Source: a virus
Taxonomy: Duplodnaviria; Caudoviricetes
IMG/VR virus record: IMGVR_UViG_3300002220_003854
Span: 23,967-87,966 of that record
Direction: 5' to 3' (one strand)
DNA length: 64,000 nucleotides
Each line of letters opens with the position of its first letter. The first letter of the stretch is position 1. This document shows positions 8,391 through 19,148 of the stretch, in pieces. The notes below the pieces were generated by a model, which saw only the letters and a program-made list of their open reading frames with translations, was not told the origin of the DNA and did no database searches. A program made the position numbers and the translations under genes.

Positions 8391-9392
8391 TTACTTTAGC
8401 AGTGGGCCTACGTATGGCTGACTTAGCCATCGGCTATAAGTATCAGCCTGCTCTGAGATTTTTGTGAGTTCGAACTTACCACAGAACTTAAGCAGATGCA
8501 TGCCAACTTGTCCGATAGCTACACGCTTTAGACTGTCAGTAATCGAAGTGTCTACCAAATGTTTGATATTGTCTGGCTGAGCTTTAAGATCGATTAATGT
8601 GGTATTACGTTCGTAATCATCACGAACCTTATGTTCGACTCCATTGTGGTCAGTCCATCGTTGCAGCATTAGATTGTTCCAACTAAATCCTTGCTTATGC
8701 CGATCTTCGAATGCTTCGATCAATCCAACTTTGTTTTTTGACCCTTTAGTACGAACACCGGGATAAGCAGAAAACACATTGTCAGTGGAGTCGCCGCGCA
8801 TTACTTTCTCAAAAAGTACAAACGCGGGGTCTCCTACTGTTTTGGGTAGCTTGGTCTTCTTGTCAATGACTGGCTTTCCTTTGTTATTTAGAATGCCATT
8901 GATCGTGAATAGTTCCCCTGTGATACCGTTATAGCGGGAAACCTTCTCACTAATCAATTGATCAAAGTCAGTGTCGCTGGAATTGATGATGATTTCATCG
9001 TCTGGATGAAGGTAAATAAACCGAGCGATGATATCGTCAGCTTCTGCCTGTGCTTGTCGCAATACACTGGCATTGGTCTTGTCGTTGAGAAACGTAGTAA
9101 ACTGACTATATGCATCCCAGAACAACTTATCTTCTTCGATTTCTTTTTCGGTCAGCGAAGTTTTATCAACAACGCGATTTGCCTTGTATGGCTTGTAAAA
9201 ATCTTTACGCCAACTACGGCCCTCGAGACAGAAAATAACATGGTCTACCTGGTGCGCCCTGACAACCGCATTGATCGATGCAAGTGTGATGTGTAGAGAC
9301 ATGCCTACTTTTACCCACGGGTCTTCGTTGCGAGAAGCCACATGTCGGGCCCTAAAGAAAATGTTGGCCGTGTCATTGAGAATGTACCTCAT
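8391..9392 (-). CDS. rnh: T4-like RNase H / 5'-3' exonuclease (PIN fold)
   Basis: ILNDTANIFFR, EADDIIA, NSSDTDFDQL, GDSTDNV motifs. Confidence 0.9.
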   Translation of the reverse strand: MRYILNDTANIFFRARHVASRNEDPWVKVGMSLHITLASINAVVRAHQVDHVIFCLEGRSWRKDFYKPYKANRVVDKTSLTEKEIEEDKLFWDAYSQFTTFLNDKTNASVLRQAQAEADDIIARFIYLHPDDEIIINSSDTDFDQLISEKVSRYNGITGELFTINGILNNKGKPVIDKKTKLPKTVGDPAFVLFEKVMRGDSTDNVFSAYPGVRTKGSKNKVGLIEAFEDRHKQGFSWNNLMLQRWTDHNGVEHKVRDDYERNTTLIDLKAQPDNIKHLVDTSITDSLKRVAIGQVGMHLLKFCGKFELTKISEQADTYSRWLSQPYVGPLLK

Positions 9393-9468
9393 TCAATTAT
9401 CCCATTAAAATAAAACATGCACTTATTATACTATATATGCGTTTATAAATCAAATATTTTGGTTTGAG

Positions 9469-9583
9469 ATAAATAAAAGTGTAGTTCGCGGAATGGGATT
9501 CCCAACTACTCTAATGCTTTAGGGAGCAATCAGCAATGTATTTAGATACGAGTAAAAGATGCTACGTTTATTGGATTCATTTG
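9469..9583 (+). pseudogene. remnant of a GIY-YIG-type homing endonuclease with late promoter and hairpin leader
   Basis: ATAAATA, then nested hairpin GTAGTT..GGAAT/ATTCC..AACTAC, GGAG SD, then MYLDTSKRCYVYWIHL which runs into the convergent gene. Confidence 0.5.
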
Positions 9584-10033
9584 TCAACTAACCTCTGTCC
9601 TGCCGTTACCAAGGTCCCTTGTTCTAATAATACGAATATCATCACGATTTGTAGGGTCTGCTTGGTCTTGTTCGTAGATTTCTAATGCTACATTTCGGCA
9701 CACTGTCTGAAACCATCGATCTACGATATTTTGGTCTGTGTCTTCTTTCTTGATCTTGTACCCAGCCCGAATCAGATTCAGAACAAACTTATCATTCCAA
9801 TCTAACTCGAATGACCCATTATTAATGTCAGCAGGGTCTAACTCTACCCTAACAATTGAGATATAAGGTTCATCATTGCGTGTTGCTAACTCCTTAGCAC
9901 TAAGCTCTGGTTCTTTTTTAGTTGGTTTGGGCTTTCGTGGGGCTGCTGGTTCTGGTTGTTGAGACTCAGGTGCAGGAGACGGTTGTGCATTTTCTGGTTT
10001 CTTCCTAAACCATTTAGCTATTTGTTCAAACAT
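9584..10033 (-). CDS. hypothetical protein
   Basis: 149 aa, Pro-rich N-terminal linker. Confidence 0.75.
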   Translation of the reverse strand: MFEQIAKWFRKKPENAQPSPAPESQQPEPAAPRKPKPTKKEPELSAKELATRNDEPYISIVRVELDPADINNGSFELDWNDKFVLNLIRAGYKIKKEDTDQNIVDRWFQTVCRNVALEIYEQDQADPTNRDDIRIIRTRDLGNGRTEVS

Positions 10034-10102
10034 TATTTTTGTACCTCTCGATAATAACAGAGTATTTAATTGCGATTTGTCTAATCACATAAACTTTTAT
10101 AG

Positions 10103-11137
10103 TTATACGGGTTTGCCACCAGTCCAAGTTTCGTGTAGTTTAAAGCTAGCTAAGTTTTTTGCTTTTGCTTCTACCATTACATCAGCCCAGTCCCAGTGCG
10201 ACTTAGCCCAAGCATTCACCGCATCAGACCACATGTAATCACTATGGGCACGTAGCTTTTGCTTGTTGTGACCTTTATTGATTAATGCCTGCAAGTCGGG
10301 TAAGTCAGTAGTAGAGTGACCGGTGAGTACATCTTCTCGGCTAACACTATAATGCATCGTAGGACGAATACCTCGCCAGCTGTCAATGACCATTTTAATA
10401 CGATCATCTGTAGCTTGAATGTATTCCCCGCAATTAACCCAATGATGATGGATGTCCATAACGATTGGACAAAGGTCTTTAAGCTCTAGCACAGTATCTA
10501 AGTTGTGCGTAATTTCTTCGTTTTCAATTGTAAGACAACTGCGGGCTTCGGGCGATAGTCGTTCATACGCGAGTCGAATGCCTTCGGGACCGGCTCGACC
10601 CGAAATGTGTACATTGATTTTAAAGTCTTGGAATTGTTTACCGAATCCCATCCAACGGGCCATATCAGCATGATACTCAAACTCCTTGATACTATTATTT
10701 ACTACCTCAGGTCGATCACTCGCGAGAACCACAAATTGATCAGGGTGAAATGATAGGCGTACATCATGTTTTCGTGCTAGTTCGCCAATTGGGCGGAACC
10801 ATCGTTCAAGGCTATCTTGAATATTGCGGTCTTGCCAGAAATCTGTAAATTCGGGCATGGTATAGAAACTCAACATATCACTAGTAATGCGAAGCATACG
10901 CAAGGGTTTGGGTAGTACGCTAACTACCCGTACGAGTGACATTGTGTGCAGAATATTTTCTTTTGCAACATCAAGAATCTTTTCTTCTACTTTTGCCCTA
11001 GAGTTACGCTTAGCCCATGCATAGGTTGTTCCACCGGTGCAAAGTTCTTTATCATTAGTGATTTCGCCGGTTTTGTTGAGTTCTGCCCATTTACATGCAA
11101 AACCAACCCGCTTGACTGAACTATCGAAAGAATGCAT
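10103..11137 (-). CDS. uvsE: UV-damage endonuclease
   Basis: RVGFACK, RLSFHPDQF, INVHISG, LTIENEE, DIHHHW, RAHSDY, MVEAKAKNLA motifs; TTGACA-17-TAAACT upstream. Confidence 0.92.
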   Translation of the reverse strand: MHSFDSSVKRVGFACKWAELNKTGEITNDKELCTGGTTYAWAKRNSRAKVEEKILDVAKENILHTMSLVRVVSVLPKPLRMLRITSDMLSFYTMPEFTDFWQDRNIQDSLERWFRPIGELARKHDVRLSFHPDQFVVLASDRPEVVNNSIKEFEYHADMARWMGFGKQFQDFKINVHISGRAGPEGIRLAYERLSPEARSCLTIENEEITHNLDTVLELKDLCPIVMDIHHHWVNCGEYIQATDDRIKMVIDSWRGIRPTMHYSVSREDVLTGHSTTDLPDLQALINKGHNKQKLRAHSDYMWSDAVNAWAKSHWDWADVMVEAKAKNLASFKLHETWTGGKPV

Positions 11138-11215
11138 ATTAACTGTCCACAATGATAAATAATATCTATAGTTTAACACTATTTAAAATATTTGTCAAAT
11201 AAGCGGATCTAACAC

Positions 11216-13012
11216 ATGAAATTACAAGAATTATACGAGGGGGTTGCTCCCAAACTTCCAGGTGCTGCCGGCGGAGTGCAAATAATGACTCCACAACAAT
11301 TTGTTGCCACGAACGCAGGGGATGAAGAACCTAGCTCAAAGCAAGATGACAATGAAGATATGACGGAAGGCTCAATGGCCGAAGTTGGATATTCTGATCA
11401 ATTAGGCAAATTGAATGTCCAGGATTCTGTAATTTTAGCTAGTGCTAAACAAGTCGGTACGATAAGCCAGAAACCGGTAATGAAGTACGAGCAAGGCAAC
11501 ACTACATTATTTTTCTTTACGGAAGATGACAAAATTTCGGCTCTAGTATTACTATCAGATCACAACAAATTGAGAGCAATTAAAAACTTCACTGGACAAT
11601 CTGGACAAATATATGCTTTGATAAATTACATTGTCAATATTGCTAACACCAAATTAATAATAACTCCGGATGAACCATTGACTAAAGAAGGGTTTCAGTG
11701 GGTTGCTAAATTGATTAAAAATCCTGCTGGGCTAAAAATATTAGACCTTAACGGAGAACCCGCGAATATAGATTCACTGCGCACTGAGTGGCTAAAATCA
11801 AAATCTACTCAAGGCACCGAAACCGGTAACACTGGAATAATTATCAGCGAATCGTCTCGTCAATGGAAAATGAAGCTAAAAGAAAATGAAGCTAGGCTTA
11901 TGCCACACATTTACTTTAATGTATCAACTACTAACAAGCAAGGTATCGCAGAAGCAACCAAACTCCCAGCAAGTACCCGAGAATTAAAAGGACAAGAATT
12001 ACAAGATTACCTAGATCGTATTCGCGAAAAAGAAAAAAAGAAAACTGACAAATATAAACTACCTTATATACATCGTAGTAGTGTATTAGGTTATTATAAT
12101 GAAGAAGGTAAAAAATACGACACCGACGCCATCAAGGATGCGTTGAGACAGAGACCAAAAAAACTACTAAAGCAAAACGAGAAGATGAAGCACAGTAATG
12201 GAGAATTAGAACAGTTCTTCAATATTGGATTCGCTGCATTGACCGGGGTTGCATTAGACGAACAGACAAACGAAATAATTATTGTCAATACGTGTCCTGG
12301 CGCCGGTAGTTGTAAAATAGATTGCTTTGCTATGAAGGGCGGTAAAATCCAATTTGCTGGGCCATGGTTAAGTGACGGTAGAATATTATCATTCTTGTTG
12401 AATGACCCAGATGGATTCTTTAGTAAACTAGATGCAGAGATTAAGAAAGAAGAAAAGCTGGGTGATAAAGGTGGGTATACTGTGACTATACGTTGGCATG
12501 ATGCAGGAGACTTCTTTAGCCCCGAATACACTGATTTGGCATTCAAACTTGCTAAGGCTAACCCACATGTTCTGTTTTATGCATACACAAAAATTGCTAA
12601 TGTCGTGTTAGCAGACAAACCTGCAAACTTTATAATCAACTGGAGTGAAGGTGCTCACCCAAGTCAAGAAAAACAAATCAAAGCAGGAGATCCTAGTTTA
12701 GACCAAACGAAGAACAGTCGAATCATACCAAGTAGTATGTTCTACGATTTGTTAGTTAAGGACGAAAAGAAAAACTTAGTTAAGGGTCCAGACGGCCAAT
12801 GGCAAGTGATACCTGATAAGTTACCTGAACTAAAACAACGTTTAGCAAAAGCATACAACATCAGCCCTAATAGCATATTAAGTTATAGCGAATGGGATAC
12901 AAAGGGTAAAAGAATTCCAAATATGAAATGGAATGACATCATTACCCCAGGTGAACCTGATATCACTGCGAGAGATCCTGGTGTATTGAGTACTTTGTTA
13001 TTGAAACATTAA
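11216..13012 (+). CDS. leader-bearing multidomain protein with C-terminal gp88/radical-SAM-like domain
   Basis: MKLQELYE leader; TCPGAGSCKIDCFA, IRWHDAGDF, FYAYTK. Confidence 0.75.
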   Translation: MKLQELYEGVAPKLPGAAGGVQIMTPQQFVATNAGDEEPSSKQDDNEDMTEGSMAEVGYSDQLGKLNVQDSVILASAKQVGTISQKPVMKYEQGNTTLFFFTEDDKISALVLLSDHNKLRAIKNFTGQSGQIYALINYIVNIANTKLIITPDEPLTKEGFQWVAKLIKNPAGLKILDLNGEPANIDSLRTEWLKSKSTQGTETGNTGIIISESSRQWKMKLKENEARLMPHIYFNVSTTNKQGIAEATKLPASTRELKGQELQDYLDRIREKEKKKTDKYKLPYIHRSSVLGYYNEEGKKYDTDAIKDALRQRPKKLLKQNEKMKHSNGELEQFFNIGFAALTGVALDEQTNEIIIVNTCPGAGSCKIDCFAMKGGKIQFAGPWLSDGRILSFLLNDPDGFFSKLDAEIKKEEKLGDKGGYTVTIRWHDAGDFFSPEYTDLAFKLAKANPHVLFYAYTKIANVVLADKPANFIINWSEGAHPSQEKQIKAGDPSLDQTKNSRIIPSSMFYDLLVKDEKKNLVKGPDGQWQVIPDKLPELKQRLAKAYNISPNSILSYSEWDTKGKRIPNMKWNDIITPGEPDITARDPGVLSTLLLKH

Positions 13013-13013
13013 T

Positions 13014-13826
13014 ATGAGAGCCATAGAATTTTTACAAGAATCTGAAGTCGTTCAAGAAATTGAACGTCTTGATCCTACAGATTATCAGGGAGGAAAAAAC
13101 TCCTTAAGTGATATGCAAACAGGAAAGCAAGTGAATCCTTTACCGGGCGGTAGCGGTTTACTGTATTCAATTGGTCCCGGACGACACAATCATTATGCTA
13201 TCAAACTGTGGGATCCAAAAGGTCCTGAGTTTGTCAAGGGCTACCCTAAACCTATCAGAAAACCAGATGAAGACAAGTGGGAATACCAAGATAGGATATA
13301 TCGATGGGAAGCACTACAAGCAGCCAAAAATAAAAAGATGCCCGGTCAATTAATCGGTGAATTAACGCTCGACTCTGCTTCTTATTTTCCACTAAAAGAT
13401 GCAGTGAAAGTTGATACGATTACAATAGACGAAGATTATCGCGGATTAAGCCTTGCTAAAGCTTTATATGGGATAGTATTGACTATTATGAAGCGTCCAT
13501 TGCTAGCTGGCGAGTTGCAGACACCTGGTGGTCGTAAAAATTGGGTCAGTTTAAACCAAATACCTGGTGTCGAAATGAAGGGGTATATGGTATTAAAATC
13601 GAATGACTTCACAGATGAAACAATCGACACTATTATGGGCGAACTAGGAGGACAATACATTGGTAAACATAATATTGCAGAAAAGGAATACTTTGCATTT
13701 GACGTTCAACCTAATACTACCAACCAAGAACTAGAAGCTTATGTTAAAACACGCATTAACAAGGTGTATTCTGATAGTTATCGCGATATAACAACTGGAT
13801 TATACGCGGTATGGGAAGGCCAATAA
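13014..13826 (+). CDS. leader-bearing GNAT-like acetyltransferase
   Basis: MRAIEFLQES; ITIDEDYRGLSLAKALY...QTPGGRKNW. Confidence 0.7.
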   Translation: MRAIEFLQESEVVQEIERLDPTDYQGGKNSLSDMQTGKQVNPLPGGSGLLYSIGPGRHNHYAIKLWDPKGPEFVKGYPKPIRKPDEDKWEYQDRIYRWEALQAAKNKKMPGQLIGELTLDSASYFPLKDAVKVDTITIDEDYRGLSLAKALYGIVLTIMKRPLLAGELQTPGGRKNWVSLNQIPGVEMKGYMVLKSNDFTDETIDTIMGELGGQYIGKHNIAEKEYFAFDVQPNTTNQELEAYVKTRINKVYSDSYRDITTGLYAVWEGQ

Positions 13827-13827
13827 A

Positions 13828-14307
13828 GTGAGAATCACTGAATTCGTAACTGAAGCATTTGACTCTGTGTATAAGTATGAACGCAGTATGGATAGTGGGT
13901 ATTTCTATGACAATAAAGGTAAATTAATATCTGTCATCTTTGACGAATTGAGTTCAGATTTGTATATCTGGGCTGTCTCGTTCAAAAGCGAGAATACGTT
14001 TCAGTTAACAAAAACAGGGGATCAGTTCAAGATATTAGCTACTGTTATTGCGATCATAAGAGAATGGGCTAGTCAAGCTAAACCTGCATTATTAACTTTC
14101 AGTTCTAATAAAGAAGACGGTAGCCGAAGCAAAACATATCAAGCAATGGTCAACCGACTTGCACCTACGATAGGTTATGTAGATGTAACCAATAATATAG
14201 CCTTGCTAAGAGACCAAAACAAGCAGCAGTGGGTAAATAAAGTTAGGCGCGCACATTCAAATAGTGATATTTTCGTACTAGCTAGAACTGATCAACTACT
14301 AAAATAA
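13828..14307 (+). CDS. leader-bearing hypothetical protein
   Basis: GTG start, MRITEFVTEA; DQFKILATVIAII..LTFSSNKEDGSRSKTY. Confidence 0.7.
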   Translation: MRITEFVTEAFDSVYKYERSMDSGYFYDNKGKLISVIFDELSSDLYIWAVSFKSENTFQLTKTGDQFKILATVIAIIREWASQAKPALLTFSSNKEDGSRSKTYQAMVNRLAPTIGYVDVTNNIALLRDQNKQQWVNKVRRAHSNSDIFVLARTDQLLK

Positions 14308-14316
14308 GGATAATGA

Positions 14317-14973
14317 ATGAAAATAACTGAAATTTTAACCGAAGCACAAATGTCACCTGAGATTAAAAAAATAATGGGCGATAAAGGATACAAGTATATA
14401 TCTCGGGGTCAAGACCAAGACGTTTATCTTTCCCCGGATGGAACTATTCTAAAGATATTTGGCTGGGACCGTGATAAAGGTAGCTCTGGGTTTACTAGAG
14501 CGCAAGGAAGCTTTATAGCATTTGCAAATTATTGCAAAAAAAATCCCAACAATCAGTTCTTGCCCGACTTTAGTGACTGGGCCACATTCGAATTTGATGG
14601 TAAAACATACTTGCAGATTAAAACTGAAAGATTATTTCCACTAAGTGGCGACTGGGAATATTTGGGTAACGAGCTAGGAATCTTCGTAGATAGCTACATT
14701 GAAAGGTATGGGGCTACCGAAGGATTAAAAGTATACATAGACAAATTTGAGGGCAGCCAAATTAGAAGCAGAGATCAAGCTAGCTTGATCATAATGATGC
14801 TAGGAAAAGACGGATTAACGTTATTTGCAAAGACAGTGGATGATTTGAGCAAGATAGCTAAACAAAAAGGGTATGGCTTAGATTTGCATAGTGGCAACTT
14901 TATGTTCGGTAGCGACAGTCATTTAGTAATCAATGATCCGTTCTTTACAGGAAGCTTCAGGGGCTTAACTTAA
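14317..14973 (+). CDS. leader-bearing protein-kinase-like enzyme 1
   Basis: SRGQDQDVY loop, ILKIF, DLHSGNFM, INDPF. Confidence 0.85.
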   Translation: MKITEILTEAQMSPEIKKIMGDKGYKYISRGQDQDVYLSPDGTILKIFGWDRDKGSSGFTRAQGSFIAFANYCKKNPNNQFLPDFSDWATFEFDGKTYLQIKTERLFPLSGDWEYLGNELGIFVDSYIERYGATEGLKVYIDKFEGSQIRSRDQASLIIMMLGKDGLTLFAKTVDDLSKIAKQKGYGLDLHSGNFMFGSDSHLVINDPFFTGSFRGLT

Positions 14974-15629
14974 TGAAATCAATTGAATTCACCGAAGCGG
15001 AGTCGAAAACTAGTGCTAGCAAAGAGATTAGAAGTACATTGAGAAAAGCTGGTTATAAATTATTAGGAAGCGGTGCTGATGCCACAGTGTGGGCTAAAAA
15101 ATCAGGACCTGTCACTAAGATAATAATGCCAGACGATCACCAAGGCGCCGGCAGCGCCGGCGATACTTTTATGAAGTTTTATGAATTCTGTCTAGAAAAT
15201 CAAAACATTAGCAATTTACCCAGATTCTCAGGCAACGAGGCGTCCGTATTTCAAGCAGATGGTAAAGATTATATAATGGTAACTATGGAGAGACTTAAAC
15301 CTATACCTGAAGGAAGTTTTGAAGAAGCAATGGTATGGCAACTAAGCGACTTAGCCACAAAGCGAATGACATGGAAACAAGCATTAGAAATAGTGCGCGA
15401 CCCAAATGAATGGATGACATTCGATCATAATTCTCAAATAATTGATAGGATAAATTCAATGTCTAAGAAAGACATACTAGAATATGAAGTTTTGTTTAAA
15501 TTAATGACCTTACTTTATCATAAGGGCAAAATTAATAAAGTAGGGTGGGACTTACATACCGAGAATGCCATGATGCGTGACGATGGAACCATAGTAATAA
15601 CTGACCCATGGTTCTCATTGGTAGTTTAA
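14973..15629 (+). CDS. leader-bearing protein-kinase-like enzyme 2
   Basis: LGSGADATVW, VTKII, DLHTENAM, ITDPW. Confidence 0.85.
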   Translation: MKSIEFTEAESKTSASKEIRSTLRKAGYKLLGSGADATVWAKKSGPVTKIIMPDDHQGAGSAGDTFMKFYEFCLENQNISNLPRFSGNEASVFQADGKDYIMVTMERLKPIPEGSFEEAMVWQLSDLATKRMTWKQALEIVRDPNEWMTFDHNSQIIDRINSMSKKDILEYEVLFKLMTLLYHKGKINKVGWDLHTENAMMRDDGTIVITDPWFSLVV

Positions 15630-15634
15630 CTACA

Positions 15635-16957
15635 TTACCACTCAAACAAACTTTCTTCTGCAGTGGGCACAAATGCAGGATCTTTAGATAAGTACGTATC
15701 CTCATCTGTGTATATTACCCTGAACTTATGTTTATTAGTGAGAACACTACGAATATCATCAATGCAAATAATCTTTCGATCCAACCCAGTGATATAGTCA
15801 CATAGCTTCACTGTTGTTTCATTGCAGATTCTTGCTGTATTACTGGTAGACTTTGAAGGAGCAAAATCAGTGAAACACTTATTCCATTTATGGAAGACTT
15901 GGCTTTCTTGTTGCTTCGCGTGCTTTATAGATTCTAAGTTATACCATAACTCACTAGTGTTAAAGGCTTCATATAGTTCTAACGCCCGTGTAGCCATATC
16001 CTTCTTGGTGCAAGTGTAGAAAAAATCCTGATTAAAGTTTTTAGTCCACCGTTGATTTTCTAACACTAAAGTAGGTAACTGTATGTGTTGCTCGTGGAAA
16101 GCCATACCGTAACTTTCTACGGTGCTTGGGTTGAATCCTATCCTAGCACTAGTAATAAAATCTACTTTTTCTTTCCCTACAATACTAGCACGAACATCGT
16201 ATTGCACCCCTAGTTTTTTGAGCTTATCTTCAAACTTTTTAACGCCATTCGGGCTAGTCATGACTTTAGCAGGTAATTTTGTTTGTTCGATTAAGCTTAT
16301 AAACAAATCAGGATTCTTTCCTTCTTCCCATCTACCTATGAATAGCACGCCCTCGCGGGGTTTATGATGTTCTTCCAAAAGAAGAGATTCTGTGATTGGA
16401 ATAGGTAAATGCCATGCACCGCACAGACTAAGTTCGTTAAACTTACTCTGTGTACCAACATACATCCCACTAATTTCGAGTTGCTTTCGCATCATTTCAT
16501 TAGTTGAATCCAAGAATGGATTCTTTGTATTTTTGAAAATCTGACTTTCTAAGTGTGTATAAGCTATGATTTGAATAACATCTTCTAGTCCCATGGTACT
16601 TGCTACTTGAACTGTTTCGTATGTGTTACAGATTAGCACATCATAGATGTTATGCTCTAATGCTTCGATTATTGCATTGCGAAAGTTTGCCATTCTTTCA
16701 TAGCAGAAGGTATCACCGTACATAAAAATATTACTATGATCAGTGTACCTCAATGATTCTAACGGAGCAATAACATTTGCCTTTAGTGATTTGACAAACT
16801 CATTATCATGTGGTAGTTTATCAGTGATAATATCTACTTTGATATTGTACTTATCCATTAATTCGCAAAAGCTTTTTGCAAATTGCCCTATGCCCCCATG
16901 AGGGATGAGGGTTTGATGGCTGATCAAAAACCCAATTCTTTTGTCGTAAGTTCTCAT
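15635..16957 (-). CDS. GT-B (group 1-like) glycosyltransferase
   Basis: PHGGIGQF; LFIGRWEEGKNPDLF; STVESYGMAFHE. Confidence 0.85.
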   Translation of the reverse strand: MRTYDKRIGFLISHQTLIPHGGIGQFAKSFCELMDKYNIKVDIITDKLPHDNEFVKSLKANVIAPLESLRYTDHSNIFMYGDTFCYERMANFRNAIIEALEHNIYDVLICNTYETVQVASTMGLEDVIQIIAYTHLESQIFKNTKNPFLDSTNEMMRKQLEISGMYVGTQSKFNELSLCGAWHLPIPITESLLLEEHHKPREGVLFIGRWEEGKNPDLFISLIEQTKLPAKVMTSPNGVKKFEDKLKKLGVQYDVRASIVGKEKVDFITSARIGFNPSTVESYGMAFHEQHIQLPTLVLENQRWTKNFNQDFFYTCTKKDMATRALELYEAFNTSELWYNLESIKHAKQQESQVFHKWNKCFTDFAPSKSTSNTARICNETTVKLCDYITGLDRKIICIDDIRSVLTNKHKFRVIYTDEDTYLSKDPAFVPTAEESLFEW

Positions 16958-16961
16958 TTTG

Positions 16962-17816
16962 TTACGTATTCCATGCGTTTTTGAAAATGTCACAATGAAG
17001 TCTAGCACTATAGCGCCAGCCCTTATTCATTGCCATTTCAGCAACTTTTCTAGCATTAGAGTTATATACCTCAAAAGTACCTCCAACTGGCATCAAGTAA
17101 ATTGGACCATCAAAGCCCCTTTTCTTGTACTCATTAACCGCTTCTTCCGCTTCTTGAACATCTTCTAATGTAGAGACTACGAACTTTAGATAAACAAATC
17201 CATATAGCTTATACTGCGCAATTACCTCTGGTTTTATCGCATTATCCCAAGCTTCGCCCGATGAACTAAGTTTAGGGCTAACACTGAAAGTTAATGCATG
17301 TTTTGTTCTGTTCTTTGCCCATTCAGTAAAGAATTCCCTAGATTCACTAGTAAGCATTTGCGTTCCGTTTGTTTCAAACGTCAACTCTTGTAATGATTGC
17401 ATTTTTTCATGCGAAAGAAGACTAGGATAACTGCGTTGCCAACCCAGTAAAGGTTCGCCGCCTGTGATCACTAAATGCTCATCGCACCAACGATTGTTGG
17501 GTAGTAAATCCATGATTTTATCAGCAATAGAATCGGTGCTGAGCATAGGACTAAGATGCTTGAAACGAGGATCCCATGATGCATAGGAATCGCAACCAGT
17601 ACTGACTAGTGGTAAAGATGTATATTCTTTTATATTAGCTACGTCAATACGGTGTCTTTCGTCACTCAATTGACCTTTAGGCATTCCAAATCCACTGCAG
17701 GTGAAGTTACAACCAAATGTTCGTAAGAACACGGATGGGACTCCCATGTACCTGCCTTCTCCTTGTATTGAAAAAAAAAAAAAAAGCTCGGAGACCTTTA
17801 ACTTCGAGTTATTCAT
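16962..17816 (-). CDS. queE: 7-carboxy-7-deazaguanine synthase (radical SAM)
   Basis: SIQGEGRYMGVPSVFLRTFGCNFTC...CDS, VITGGEP, ETNGT, SPK; poly-T tract near the start. Confidence 0.92.
   Translation of the reverse strand: MNNSKLKVSELFFFFSIQGEGRYMGVPSVFLRTFGCNFTCSGFGMPKGQLSDERHRIDVANIKEYTSLPLVSTGCDSYASWDPRFKHLSPMLSTDSIADKIMDLLPNNRWCDEHLVITGGEPLLGWQRSYPSLLSHEKMQSLQELTFETNGTQMLTSESREFFTEWAKNRTKHALTFSVSPKLSSSGEAWDNAIKPEVIAQYKLYGFVYLKFVVSTLEDVQEAEEAVNEYKKRGFDGPIYLMPVGGTFEVYNSNARKVAEMAMNKGWRYSARLHCDIFKNAWNT
17771..17785 (-). repeat. 15-nt homopolymer inside the queE 5' end
   Basis: A15 on the plus strand, encoding ELFFFFS where ELFYS is usual. Confidence 0.9.
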
Positions 17817-17837
17817 TTTAAATTTTCCTTTATTAAA

Positions 17838-19148
17838 TTATTTTGCTTTATTCGCTTTGTCGAATTTGTCCAAATCTAAAATTTGGTAATGATCTTTTAC
17901 TGTAGGCCATTCGTATATATTAATGTTTTTTTGCTTGTTTGTCAACTTATTTAGGCAAGGAAATAAGAACTTTTTATTTCCTAAACCAACATAGAGTGTC
18001 TTGTCAAATTGATCTTTTGGTATTTGTTTACGTTCACCAGTCAACTTGTTAATTACGTTAACTTTTCCTTTGTTAGGTCCTACATACCTAGCGCGGTTAT
18101 TATCAAATTCTTCTTTACTTACCTGGATATATGTGTTGGTAGTTTGATCCATTACTAATCGCAAGCCTTTGGTCTGCCCAACATATTCACCAGATGAAAA
18201 CTCTTTTTTTGATACTAGTACGTTATTTCCTGCTTTGTCTTTTGCTAAGACTTTTCCCTTTGTAGCAGTGAGATACCTATTACGATCTTTGTTGTATTCT
18301 TCTTTTGTTATTTGGATTGATTGATTGGTTGTTGTATCCAACACACATAGTTTACCCTTAAGAAGATGCGAGTGTATTGAATAGTGTGTATTAGCATGAT
18401 ATTCATCCAAAGATACTATGTATTTTTCTTCTGCATCGTTTATACAAGTCACTGAATGGTTTTGTATATGTTTCAGTCTTTTGTACCCGTATTCTTTGTT
18501 CTTTGTTCTTGCTTCTGATTTAGTGATTTTTAAAATGTCGTTTGTTTCTAAATCTAGAAATTGGTATCTACATAAGTTAATATCTTTATTGCCGTGAGGA
18601 AAATCCTCAAAACTTAATCTAGACTTATACCTATCCTTGTTTTCTTGGTATTCTTTAGATGTGATATAGACCCAGGTGTTACTGTGAGTATCAAATACAT
18701 ACGTCTTTCCAGTTGTGTGAAATTTGTATTTTGTTTGATTAGCGTATTCTTCTTTAGTTAAAGTGATGATATTTCCGTTTTCATCATGCACTCTAACTTT
18801 ATTTGTGGTGTGTGCTTTAAGCTGATCATATACGTCTGTCTTTAATTTTTGATATGTTCTACTGGTAATGCGTCCTTGAAATCCTTTAAATTCTAATTTA
18901 GGATTCTTGTTATTCATCTGTAAAAATGCACTTGATATCGGCAAAAAAGATGGGTATATTTTCCATAATAACCAATGAGCTAAAAAATGTTCACGCAACG
19001 TGAGTTTAATCAAATTACCAGGATCATCGGTTCCTTTCAAACATTTAGGTTGAATGTGATGTGTCTCTGTGTACTCACTTAATTCCCTAGGTTCTAATTT
19101 TCTGATATGGTCAATGAACGCTTGATACCTTTTTTTGTAATCTACCAT
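17838..19148 (-). mobile_element. free-standing HNH homing endonuclease with C-terminal repeats
   Basis: ETHHIQPKCLKGTDDPGNLIKLTLREHFLAHWLL; repeated I-x-K-E-E-Y..GKV modules; own CTAAATA and SD. Confidence 0.75.
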
